Below, in pieces: positions 49,477-58,607 of a stretch of 62,475 bases of DNA (position 1 is its first letter; each line of letters begins with the position of its first letter). The notes under the pieces are model-generated. The model searched no databases and had not been told where the DNA came from. It saw only the letters and a program-made list of their open reading frames with translations. The DNA comes from Patescibacteria group bacterium (GTDB lineage: Bacteria; Patescibacteriota; Microgenomatia; UBA1400; PJMF01). The stretch covers positions 1 to 62,475 of the forward strand of contig JAHJTF010000002.1 in NCBI GenBank assembly GCA_018830045.1. The letters run 5' to 3'. The translations under genes were made by a program, and so were the position numbers.

Positions 49477-50535
49477 ATGAATATTTTTGACATGCTGAAT
49501 TTATTAGTTGAACAAGAAGGCTCGGACCTGCATATTGTGGCAAATGCTCCACCGACACTGCGAATTTCTGGTGAGCTCAAACCGATTGAAGGTACTCCGG
49601 TTTTGAGTCCCCAACAGACTTCAACTCTCATCACCCCGCTTTTGACTAAAGAACAACAGGATTATATTGCGCTTCATAAAGAATTGGACTTTGGATATCA
49701 ATTTAGTGCCCATGGGCGCTTTAGAGTTAATGTATATCATGCTAGAGGGGCTATCGCGGCGGCTCTAAGATTAATTCCTAAAACAATTCGTAGCATAGAT
49801 GAGTTGAAGCTCCCAGAGATTTTTCATCAGTTTACTGCTTATAGACAAGGTCTGGTTTTAGTAACTGGACCAACTGGTGAAGGTAAAACGACTACTCTGG
49901 CGGCAGTGATTGAAGAAATTAATCAACAAAGAGCTGAACATATTCTAACCATTGAAGATCCTATTGAGTTTATTTATGAATCTAAAAAAAGCATTATTTC
50001 TCAAAGAGAAATGAATCAAGACACTCAAGACTGGAGTTTGGCGTTGCGATCTGCCATGAGAGAAGATCCTGATGTGGTGCTGGTGGGAGAAATTAGGGAT
50101 TATGAAACCATTGCTTCTGCAATTACGGTGGCTGAAACAGGCCACTTAGTCTTTACTACACTGCACACCAATACTGCCGCTCAAACCATTGACCGGATAG
50201 TAGATGTTTTCCCGGCTCATCAGCAAAGCCAGATCAGGCAGCAGCTAGCAGGGTCGATCAAGGCGGTTGTCTCTCAGCGTTTGATTCCATCTATTCAAGG
50301 AGGGCGAGTAGCGGGGGTGGAGGTGATGCTGGCAAATTCAGCAGTCAGAAACTTAATTCGAGAATCTAAAACCCATCAGATCGATAATGTAATTCAAACC
50401 ACTGGAGCTGAGGGCATGATTTTGATGGAAGCCTCCTTGCTCAAGAGGGTCCGAGAGGGGTTAGTTAGTGTTGAAATAGCCAGAGAATATAGTTTTAGAC
50501 CAGATATGTTTGATCAGTTACTAGAAGGAAGTTAA
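49477..50535 (+). CDS. pilT: type IV pilus retraction ATPase
   Basis: GSDLHI, GPTGEGKTTT, the PilT-length architecture, and the AIRNLIRE-like SAVRNLIRESK. Confidence 0.9.
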   Translation: MNIFDMLNLLVEQEGSDLHIVANAPPTLRISGELKPIEGTPVLSPQQTSTLITPLLTKEQQDYIALHKELDFGYQFSAHGRFRVNVYHARGAIAAALRLIPKTIRSIDELKLPEIFHQFTAYRQGLVLVTGPTGEGKTTTLAAVIEEINQQRAEHILTIEDPIEFIYESKKSIISQREMNQDTQDWSLALRSAMREDPDVVLVGEIRDYETIASAITVAETGHLVFTTLHTNTAAQTIDRIVDVFPAHQQSQIRQQLAGSIKAVVSQRLIPSIQGGRVAGVEVMLANSAVRNLIRESKTHQIDNVIQTTGAEGMILMEASLLKRVREGLVSVEIAREYSFRPDMFDQLLEGS

Positions 50536-51737
50536 TGCCATTTTTTAAGTATGTAGTTAAAAACGAGCACGGCGAGACGGTTAGAGGCAAGGTTGAAGCT
50601 AGAAATAAAGAGGTTGCCTCTTCAATCTTATTTAGCAGAGGCTTGTTAGTCATTAAAGTGATGCCAATAGATCAGGGCTCATTCTTGGCTTTGAAGTCTA
50701 TGCTTTCTGGAATTAAAGCTGATGACGTGGTTAATTTAACTCGTCAATTATCAACCATGATTACGGCTGGCTTACCACTTAGTACGTCTTTATCAATTCT
50801 AGCGGAGCAAAGTCGAGCAGAGGTTGCAGGTATTTTAAATGAAATTTTGCGTGATATTGAAGGCGGAGGTACTTTCTCTCAAGCTTTAGAAAAAAAACCT
50901 AAGATTTTTTCTCGGGTTTATACTCAGTTGGTTAAGGCTGGCGAAACAGGCGGAGTTTTAGACGAAATTTTGGCTCGCTTGGCTGATACCTTAGATAAGC
51001 AAAAAGAGTTTCGAGGCAAAACTAAAGGCGCTTTGATATATCCAGTTATTGTGGTGTTGGCCATGATTGCTGTGGGTTTTGTGATGATGATTGTGGTGAT
51101 TCCTAAATTAACTGAGATGTATGCAGATTTTGGCGCCGAATTGCCGTTTATCACTCAAGTTCTTATCAACATATCAAACTTTTTTGTTAAGTTTTGGTGG
51201 CTGATGCTAGCTCTCATGGGTGGCGGTGGCTTTTTACTTCAAAGCTGGCGAAAAACTGACGTCGGCGATCATGCCATAGATAGCTTTCTTTTAAAACTGC
51301 CGGTTTTTGGAGAGTTAAAACAAAAAGTGATTTTGACCGAGTTTGCTCGCACTTTGTCGCTATTACTTAGCGCTGGAGTATCGCTGATTAATGGGTTAAG
51401 AATTGTTTCCGAAGCCATAGACAGTATCAATTATCGAGATGCTTTTGGAGAAGTTGCTCTTAAATTAGAAAAAGGCATCAGTCTTTCCCAAGCTTTAAGT
51501 GCTAATGAAATTTTTTCGCCCATTTTGTATCAGATGGCAGCGGTGGGAGAAGAAACCGGCAAACTAGATGAAATTTTGCTCAAGTTATCTATTTATTATG
51601 AAACTGAAAGTGAGCAGGCAGTTAAAAACTTAACTACTGCTTTAGAACCAATGATTATGATCGTTCTTGGGTTAGGTGTTGGGGCAATGGTCATAGCAGT
51701 GATTATGCCAATCTACAGCTTGACTAGCCAATTCTAG
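50535..51737 (+). CDS. pilC: type IV pilus platform protein (PilC/GspF family)
   Basis: Two GspF repeats (FSRVYTQLVKAGETGG and FSPILYQMAAVGEETGKLD) and three TM segments. Confidence 0.9.
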   Translation: MPFFKYVVKNEHGETVRGKVEARNKEVASSILFSRGLLVIKVMPIDQGSFLALKSMLSGIKADDVVNLTRQLSTMITAGLPLSTSLSILAEQSRAEVAGILNEILRDIEGGGTFSQALEKKPKIFSRVYTQLVKAGETGGVLDEILARLADTLDKQKEFRGKTKGALIYPVIVVLAMIAVGFVMMIVVIPKLTEMYADFGAELPFITQVLINISNFFVKFWWLMLALMGGGGFLLQSWRKTDVGDHAIDSFLLKLPVFGELKQKVILTEFARTLSLLLSAGVSLINGLRIVSEAIDSINYRDAFGEVALKLEKGISLSQALSANEIFSPILYQMAAVGEETGKLDEILLKLSIYYETESEQAVKNLTTALEPMIMIVLGLGVGAMVIAVIMPIYSLTSQF

Positions 51738-51841
51738 ACTGTCACACTAATATAGCCATTGCTAACCACAAAAATGATCCTTGCAGACTGAGTTAATATT
51801 GGTATAAAATTAATTAGAAGGTATTTTTAAAATCACTAATT

Positions 51842-52456
51842 ATGAAAAAACTGTCCACCCTTTTTAATAATGTCGCCAAACAGGCCGGCTTCACCATGAT
51901 CGAGTTGTTAGTGGTGATTGCAGTTATTGGAGTGTTAGCCGTGGCCGTACTTTCCTCTATCAATCCTATTGAACAAATCAATAAAGGTCGTGACACACGG
52001 ACTCGCTCAGATGCGGCTCAACTAATTAATGCGGTAGACAGGTACTATGCTATTCAGGAGATATATCCCTGGAACTTCACCACAACCGATTTTACAGCGG
52101 TTAGTGTTCTTCCCGCAGATGAGTTTGATTTTCTGGGTGCTGGCTCAAATCTTTTAACCCAGGGTCTGACCACCGGCGATGAGACTGATTGGGATTGGGT
52201 TGATGTGCTGGTGAATACCTCTGAGGTTAAGGAAGGTTTTACTAATCGATTGAAAAATGACAATAGTTTATTTGTGGCCAAAGAGCAGGGCTCAAACGCC
52301 ACCATGTATATCTGTTTTTACCCTTCTTCAAATGCCTTTAAGCAGGAAGCTATGAGGAACTGTGCTGATGGGACGACTCCAAGCTCTCTGAATACAATCG
52401 TCATTTGTGAAGATGAAACGGATATCGAAGCACTTAATTTAATCTGCTTACCTTAG
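51842..52456 (+). CDS. type IV pilin (probable major pilin)
   Basis: Prepilin signal MKKLSTLFNNVAKQAG|FTMIELLVVIAVIGVLA with Glu+5. It has four C-terminal Cys and its own promoter-like TTGCAG-16-TATAAA upstream. Confidence 0.85.
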   Translation: MKKLSTLFNNVAKQAGFTMIELLVVIAVIGVLAVAVLSSINPIEQINKGRDTRTRSDAAQLINAVDRYYAIQEIYPWNFTTTDFTAVSVLPADEFDFLGAGSNLLTQGLTTGDETDWDWVDVLVNTSEVKEGFTNRLKNDNSLFVAKEQGSNATMYICFYPSSNAFKQEAMRNCADGTTPSSLNTIVICEDETDIEALNLICLP

Positions 52457-52529
52457 GCAGAGTAGTTTAAAGCGTTTTCATGCGAATAATCTCCTATGAT
52501 ATTTTGTCTGGTCTTGATATGATGAATAT

Positions 52530-53342
52530 ATGCTTGGATATCTTATTTTGCTAGGTGTTTTTTTGTTTATTTTAGGTGCTGTTCTTGGCAGTTTTTTAAA
52601 TGTTTTAATTTACAGAACTGTACAAGGAGAGCCATGGGTTACCGGGCGGTCACGTTGTGATCATTGCAGGAAAAAAATACTTTGGTACGACAATATTCCC
52701 CTATTATCATTTTTAATCTTAAGAGGTCAATCTAGATGTTGTAAAAAATCTATTCCTTTTTCATACCCCGTGGTTGAGTTTATGACTGGCTCTTTATTTG
52801 TTTGGTGGTACTGGATTGGTTCTGTCTTTTTTAAATTGACCGTGGCGCCCTTTTCTGTTTTACAACCACTTTTTTGGTTAATGGTGGGAGTTTTACTCAT
52901 CACTATTTTTTTTGCCGACTTGATACATTTAATAGTTCCAGATTTAGCCGTGGGAATTTTATTTTTTATTACCATTGTTTATCGGCTTTATTTAACAGCT
53001 GCCAATATTATGCAGGTTAAAGATCTGTGGGCAGCTATCTTGGGGATGGTGATTACCGTAATATTTTTTGGAAGCCTGTGGTGGTTAACTAAGGGCAGGG
53101 GTATGGGGTTAGGAGATGTTAAATTAGTAGCTCCGATAGCGCTTTTGTTAGGTTGGCCGAAAGTGATAGTGGGCATTTTTCTATCATTTATCTTAGGTGG
53201 CATTGTCGCCGTGGGGTTGCTTGTTTCCGGTAAACGCAAAATGGGCCAGGTTATCCCCTTTGGTCCTTTTATTATTATTGGGACAATTTTAAGCCTAGCG
53301 GTTGGCGAGGCTATCTTTACTTGGTATTTACAATGGTTGTAA
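52530..53342 (+). CDS. pilD: prepilin peptidase (A24) / N-methyltransferase
   Basis: Cys-rich CDHC...CC N-terminal region and the catalytic Asp contexts (FADLIH and GLGDVKL). Confidence 0.9.
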   Translation: MLGYLILLGVFLFILGAVLGSFLNVLIYRTVQGEPWVTGRSRCDHCRKKILWYDNIPLLSFLILRGQSRCCKKSIPFSYPVVEFMTGSLFVWWYWIGSVFFKLTVAPFSVLQPLFWLMVGVLLITIFFADLIHLIVPDLAVGILFFITIVYRLYLTAANIMQVKDLWAAILGMVITVIFFGSLWWLTKGRGMGLGDVKLVAPIALLLGWPKVIVGIFLSFILGGIVAVGLLVSGKRKMGQVIPFGPFIIIGTILSLAVGEAIFTWYLQWL

Positions 53343-53382
53343 AATTGAGCTCCAGTATAATAAGGCACAAAGATGGGAAATT

Positions 53383-54294
53383 ATGCGAATAGTTAAGATT
53401 TTATTTAAGTCTTTATTAACACTGATTATTTTAGGAGCAATGAGTGCTTTTATTGCCAGAGAGACATTGCTTATTCTTGGTTCAAGACAGGTGACAAACT
53501 CTTTATCTGATTTAAAAAACGCATATTATAAAAAATCATATTTATCCAAATGTATGGCAAGAGGAAGTGAGTTTGTAGCTGGTGACATATTTGCCATTGC
53601 TCAATTGCGCTTTCTCTCCTCCACTTTGTATGTAACGGAAATTTTGTGTGGTCAGTTTAGTATTGACCCGACTGTGATTGATCGTCAACAACTACCTCCA
53701 TTTGTAGAAAAAGTGCCGGGAAGCTCAGGTATTATTTGGGGTGAATCTAGAAGCGGGATCTTGCTGGAAATATTTGGGCGAAGAAAAGCAGTAGGCGCTG
53801 AGGATGAAGCCATTATTGATTTCTCTCAAGATTCTCCTCTAGGTATGAGCCCTATTTCAATCTGCGCTGGTTATGGATTTGTTTGTTGCCAGCCGGAATC
53901 ACAACATGGGGCTGGTGAGAAATTGACTCAAGCAATTGATTGCCCCAAATCATGTTTTAGTTCTTGCATTAGTCGCCCCATAGTTTTGGCCTTTAATACC
54001 CAGCCAGCGATGGATAAGCAAACCAATACTCTCGTGATTGATACTTCGACCCCAGTTACTTTTAGTTATGTGATTGACCAGGGAGAAGCAAAATCCATAG
54101 TGGCCAGTCTCGATTATGGAGATGGCGCCATAGATCAATTTTTCGCTGAAAATTTAGTTACCGAACATACCTATGTATGTGCTGACAATTTTTGTAGTTA
54201 TAATGTAAAGTTGACTGCAGAAGATGATCGTGGCATTTTATCAGCAGAGCTACCCATCACTGCATTTACTATCATTGTGAGAGGAGACAAATGA
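53383..54294 (+). CDS. membrane-anchored Cys-rich protein with C-terminal PKD-like domain
   Basis: N-terminal TM segment, a Cys cluster (CAGYGFVCCQPES...CPKSCFSSC), and the PKD-like signature DYGDG....TEHTY.....Y.V.LTAEDDRG. Confidence 0.5.
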   Translation: MRIVKILFKSLLTLIILGAMSAFIARETLLILGSRQVTNSLSDLKNAYYKKSYLSKCMARGSEFVAGDIFAIAQLRFLSSTLYVTEILCGQFSIDPTVIDRQQLPPFVEKVPGSSGIIWGESRSGILLEIFGRRKAVGAEDEAIIDFSQDSPLGMSPISICAGYGFVCCQPESQHGAGEKLTQAIDCPKSCFSSCISRPIVLAFNTQPAMDKQTNTLVIDTSTPVTFSYVIDQGEAKSIVASLDYGDGAIDQFFAENLVTEHTYVCADNFCSYNVKLTAEDDRGILSAELPITAFTIIVRGDK

Positions 54295-54674
54295 TGAAAA
54301 AGAAGTCAAAGTTGGGGTTTTCCCTAATTGAACTATTAGTTGTTGCTACAATTATGATCGTCATTGCCACCATTGGTTTGGTTAGTTATAGCCAAGCTAC
54401 TCGCAACAGCCGTAACGCTAAAAGAAAATCTGATTTGGAAGCCGTCAAGCAAGCCTTAGTGCTCTATCGCAATGACAATAGCCAATATCCCTCTGGTACG
54501 AATTTTACATCAATGCTCACGACGATTAATGATTATATTAGCTTCAACTCCGTTTCAGATCCTAAATCACCTACCTATGATTATACTTATAGCTCAGACG
54601 CAAGTGTTTTTGAGCTCTGTGCTACCTTAGAAACAAAATCGGGCATAGAATCGTATTGTATTGATAATCCTTAA
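54291..54674 (+). CDS. prepilin-type minor pilin
   Basis: MMKKKSKLG|FSLIELLVVATIMIV is a class III signal. Its start overlaps the previous stop. Confidence 0.8.
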   Translation: MMKKKSKLGFSLIELLVVATIMIVIATIGLVSYSQATRNSRNAKRKSDLEAVKQALVLYRNDNSQYPSGTNFTSMLTTINDYISFNSVSDPKSPTYDYTYSSDASVFELCATLETKSGIESYCIDNP

Positions 54675-54681
54675 AGAATCA

Positions 54682-55173
54682 GTGATAAATAAACCACATA
54701 CTACAAGTAATTCATCCGGTTTTACTCTGGTTGAAACGATGGTGGTGGCGGTGATTATTCTACTTATTGTAGGTGGCGGCATAGCCTCTTTTGTAAATTT
54801 TAATGACAAACAGCAAGTAGTTAATAGCGTCAAAGAGATTCAGGGTCACTTAAGAATGGCGCAAACACTTTCTCGGGTGGGTGAAACTCCCTCTGGCTGT
54901 GGAAAACTATATGGATATATCGTGAGATCAGTTGATATTGGCCCTGATAAACAAATTAAGCTAATTGCCGATTGTGAAAGTGGTGAGATTGAAAGAAATA
55001 GTTTTGATTTAATAACAGGAACTACTCTTGGTAGTAATATAGAAATTACTTTTTTAACTTTGCACGGTGGTGTGTCGGGAGCTGGGCAGGTTGAGGTAGT
55101 CAATAACTCAGGCAGAACTTATCAGTTCGGTGTCAATGCAGGAGGAGAAATTACTCAGGGAGAGTTTTTATAA
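54682..55173 (+). CDS. prepilin-type minor pilin
   Basis: SSG|FTLVETMVVAVIILL. The ORF is open from the TTG at 54661. The GTG at 54682 lies just after the previous stop, so the start is uncertain. Confidence 0.75.
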   Translation: MINKPHTTSNSSGFTLVETMVVAVIILLIVGGGIASFVNFNDKQQVVNSVKEIQGHLRMAQTLSRVGETPSGCGKLYGYIVRSVDIGPDKQIKLIADCESGEIERNSFDLITGTTLGSNIEITFLTLHGGVSGAGQVEVVNNSGRTYQFGVNAGGEITQGEFL

Positions 55174-55181
55174 TACATTTT

Positions 55182-55646
55182 ATGAAAGTAGAAAAATTCA
55201 AGTCCCAGGCCGGTCAAACCATAGTTGAGATTTTAATTGTGACGATCATTGTAGCATCTGTCTTAACAGCACTTGCCGCTAGTTTGAGTATGTCGGCTAA
55301 AAATACTGCAGAAAATAAAAAATTAAGTATGGCTACGAACTATTCGCAAGAAGCACTAGAGGTGTTTCATCGAGAAAGGTCTGTGTTGGGCTGGGAATCG
55401 TTTCAGTCTGCTTTATTTGATGGGATTTATTGCTTTGATACTATTCCGTCCAATTCTATTAATTTTTTAAATCTTGCTTTGGGGGAATGTGAGGAGAGTG
55501 AGGTGATTTCCGGGACTGATTTCATTCGTGAAGTGGAACTAGCTGTGTTGGCTGATGAAGTTAAAGTAGTGGCAGTAGTTAAATGGCTTGACGCCGGAGT
55601 CAGTAGACAAGCAACTGTTGAACAAACATTTAAGAAAATCAATTAA
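55182..55646 (+). CDS. pilin-like protein with atypical signal (G|QTIVE)
   Basis: MKVEKFKSQAG|QTIVEILIVTIIVASVL has Gly-1 and Glu+5 but Gln at +1. Confidence 0.6.
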   Translation: MKVEKFKSQAGQTIVEILIVTIIVASVLTALAASLSMSAKNTAENKKLSMATNYSQEALEVFHRERSVLGWESFQSALFDGIYCFDTIPSNSINFLNLALGECEESEVISGTDFIREVELAVLADEVKVVAVVKWLDAGVSRQATVEQTFKKIN

Positions 55647-55649
55647 TTT

Positions 55650-56186
55650 TTACAAACTGCGAACAGTGGCACTGGCTGTAAAGGTCTCTTGGACAATGTC
55701 TCTGGTTGGGTCTAGCCCAGGAGTACCTTTTCTTAGGGTGAAAGAAATACTGATGTGAGGATGACTCTCATCACTGTTTTGCGTACAAGTGAAGTTTATG
55801 CCATTCACAATTTTGACTGCGCCAGAGGTTAAGTAAACTCCAGAATTAGAAGCAATCTTATCAACTCCACCATCGTCTTCAATAGCCAGGGTAGTTTCTC
55901 CTCCATCAATAGAGCGAAATTTAATTTCTGTCATATCAGCTATACATTCATCACCGAAACTATTGGGCAAAAGCTCAATGGCATTTCGCAGTAGAAACTC
56001 CATTTGGATTAGAGCATGTTGGCCTTCTTGTTTAACCAGCTGAGTGCTGTTAACTTTAGCGCCGCTAATTAAAAAGGTCATAAACAATGCTGAAGCGGTC
56101 AATAGTAGCATTACAGTTAGACTGACTGCGATAATGAGTTCTATCAGAGTAAATCCAGACTGTAAATGATGACGCCTCATTTCCAT
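55650..56186 (-). CDS. prepilin-type minor pilin (PilW-like), opposite strand
   Basis: MEMRRHHLQSG|FTLIELIIAVSLTVML. Confidence 0.8.
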   Translation of the reverse strand: MEMRRHHLQSGFTLIELIIAVSLTVMLLLTASALFMTFLISGAKVNSTQLVKQEGQHALIQMEFLLRNAIELLPNSFGDECIADMTEIKFRSIDGGETTLAIEDDGGVDKIASNSGVYLTSGAVKIVNGINFTCTQNSDESHPHISISFTLRKGTPGLDPTRDIVQETFTASATVRSL

Positions 56187-56252
56187 ACTAGAAGTGTAAC
56201 ATGGTCTCTTGCTTGTTGCAGTTTAAGAAGAAGTTTTTTATGATGGAAACAG

Positions 56253-57020
56253 ATGCAATCAAAATCAATTTCTCAATCTGGGCAAGTGGGTTTAGTTGTG
56301 CTTTTGATCATGACAGGCATGTTAACAATCGGGATGTCATTGGCAGCTAGGACTACTCAAGAAGCATTTACATCGGGGAAAGAATCAGAATCTGCTCGAG
56401 TTTTTAACGCCGCTGAGCAAGGAGTTGAGCAAGCTCTTTCGAGTGATTTGGATTTTGAAGGCGAATCTACTTCGGGGACGGTTGATAGTGTGACTGGAGT
56501 TGATGTGGCCTACACAATTAACAAAGTTGCTAACTTAGAAACCAGATTATTTGAAGGAGTCTCTGTGGGAGTAGATGTAACTGGAGTGAGTGACGGCGAT
56601 GTTCTTCAAGTTGATTGGTCCCATGAGAGTGACTGTGTTACTCAAGATGTGGCTTCATTAATGACCTCGGTTTACTATGACGATGTTGGCACTACCAGAG
56701 TTAGGCACTATGCTTTAGGCGGTTGTAACCGGAGCGATGGTTTTGATTTGGGCACAGTTATTGATGAAAACGGTTATAAACGTCGTTACAGTCTATCTCT
56801 ACTAACTAATGATTTTTTAGTCAGATTTAAGCCAGTATATAATGATACACACGTAAAAATAGCCAGTAGTGATTTTACAATGTTAACACAATATTATTCT
56901 ATCAGGTCCAAGGCGGCTAAGGAAAATAGTAATGAAACTAGAATTGTTGAGGTTAATCGCACTTCACTCTCGGCTCCTTCTATATTTGACTATGCTCTTT
57001 ATAGCGGCGGCAATTTATAA
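56253..57020 (+). CDS. PilX-N-like pilus-associated protein
   Basis: The N-terminus SGQVGLVVLLIMTGMLTIGMSLAARTTQEA resembles PilX-type anchors (no Glu+5). Confidence 0.45.
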   Translation: MQSKSISQSGQVGLVVLLIMTGMLTIGMSLAARTTQEAFTSGKESESARVFNAAEQGVEQALSSDLDFEGESTSGTVDSVTGVDVAYTINKVANLETRLFEGVSVGVDVTGVSDGDVLQVDWSHESDCVTQDVASLMTSVYYDDVGTTRVRHYALGGCNRSDGFDLGTVIDENGYKRRYSLSLLTNDFLVRFKPVYNDTHVKIASSDFTMLTQYYSIRSKAAKENSNETRIVEVNRTSLSAPSIFDYALYSGGNL

Positions 57021-57035
57021 TAAACTATAATTAAT

Positions 57036-58049
57036 ATGTCTGCCCTAGCTCTTGATATTGGAACTTACACCATTAAGGCTATTAGCGCTAAGCCAGGAAA
57101 AAAAATCGAAATCGAAAGAATGGTTGAAATTTTTAATCCTTTAGGTGTCGCTATTGCTAGTGATGAGGCTCTGAGTCAAAAACTGATTGATATAATTGAT
57201 CCATTAATCACAGACAATAAACTACCTCGGACTGACGTCAGACTAAGCCTGCCAGAGACAGTAGTTTCAACTAAACTAATTGAGCTACCCGTATTAAGTG
57301 ATGCTGAGTTAGCCTCAGCTATTGGCTGGCAAGCTGAGCAGCATATCCCCATTCCTCCAGATCAGCTGTCTTTACAATATCAAGTTTTATATCGCCCGGC
57401 TAAAGACAAACAAAATGAAGAAAAAATGAGAGTACTGCTGGTTGGAACTCACAAAGATATTGTGGAAAAGTACACTAATGTTTTTTTGTCACTTGGCATA
57501 GAGCCCAAGTTATTGGAAACGCAGATGCTCTCAGTACTAAGAGCATTAGATATGACGGCTGAGGAGCCGCCCACCCTAGTGGTTCAAATGGGGGCTAGTA
57601 GTACCCAAATGGCCATGGTTTATCAAGGCGAACTACGTTTTATAACTTCTCAGATGACTGGTGGTCAATCATTAACTCAAGTTTTGGAAAAGCAAATTAA
57701 TCTTAATAAGCAACAGGCAGAAGAATATAAGCGAACATACGGATTGGATCCCCAGCAATTTCAGGGTAAAGTAAGGGAGACTTTATTACCGGTGATTAGT
57801 ATTTTTATCAATGAGATTAAGAAAGCAATGACGTTTTTTGTCAATCAAAACCCTGGTGTTAGTGCCCAGCGGATTTTATTGTCAGGAGGGCCAACTCTTC
57901 TACCAGGTTTAGTTCAGCACATTACTCAAGAACTAGGCGCCGAAGTTTTAGTGGCAGCCCCCTTCTCTCAAGCCTTAGGAGCAGTGCCTGAGGGAAATCA
58001 TCCCACATGGACTGTGTGTGTGGGGCTTTTGATGCGTGAGGAGGTTTAG
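57036..58049 (+). CDS. pilM: type IV pilus assembly protein PilM (actin-like)
   Basis: LDIGTYTIKA phosphate-1-like motif. Its size and its position before PilN/O-like genes fit. Confidence 0.8.
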   Translation: MSALALDIGTYTIKAISAKPGKKIEIERMVEIFNPLGVAIASDEALSQKLIDIIDPLITDNKLPRTDVRLSLPETVVSTKLIELPVLSDAELASAIGWQAEQHIPIPPDQLSLQYQVLYRPAKDKQNEEKMRVLLVGTHKDIVEKYTNVFLSLGIEPKLLETQMLSVLRALDMTAEEPPTLVVQMGASSTQMAMVYQGELRFITSQMTGGQSLTQVLEKQINLNKQQAEEYKRTYGLDPQQFQGKVRETLLPVISIFINEIKKAMTFFVNQNPGVSAQRILLSGGPTLLPGLVQHITQELGAEVLVAAPFSQALGAVPEGNHPTWTVCVGLLMREEV

Positions 58050-58052
58050 ATC

Positions 58053-58607
58053 ATGATGGACATTAATTTTGTTCGTAACCGCATCAAGACATTGACTAAA
58101 CTTGCACAAGGCGATAAAAAAATTTTTAATATCGCGGGTGTTACTACGGCAGTTTTTTTAGTAATTCTGGTGGGAATTTTCGGCTTGCGCTTCTATTTAA
58201 TTTCACAGCTTTCTAAGATAGAAAATTCTAAGCAAAGTTTATTGGCGAGAATTAAATCTCAGGAGAATACGGAGAAATCTTTTGTGATATTTGTTGACAA
58301 ATTAAGGGTTTTAAGCGGTGTTTTTGCAGAGAGAAAAGACAAGCAGGATGCAATTAGTTATTTTTCACAAGTTTTTGGTTCAGATGTGGTTATAGACAGG
58401 ATTGCCTATGATGCTAGTTCGCAGTTCTTGGCTTTTGGAGTAATGGCAGCTGATGTTTTTACTTTAGAAAATGTCTTTGAAACCCTGGCTTCTGAGCAAT
58501 CTGTGCAAAAATTTTCCTCTTTAACTAAAAGTAACTTACAAAGAAATAGTAAGGGTATTTATCAAATGCAAATTACTGTTGTATTGGGTAAAGAAACTGC
58601 AGAATGA
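58053..58607 (+). CDS. pilN: PilN-like bitopic protein
   Basis: INFVRN N-terminus, a single TM segment then a coiled coil, positioned after pilM. Confidence 0.55.
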   Translation: MMDINFVRNRIKTLTKLAQGDKKIFNIAGVTTAVFLVILVGIFGLRFYLISQLSKIENSKQSLLARIKSQENTEKSFVIFVDKLRVLSGVFAERKDKQDAISYFSQVFGSDVVIDRIAYDASSQFLAFGVMAADVFTLENVFETLASEQSVQKFSSLTKSNLQRNSKGIYQMQITVVLGKETAE

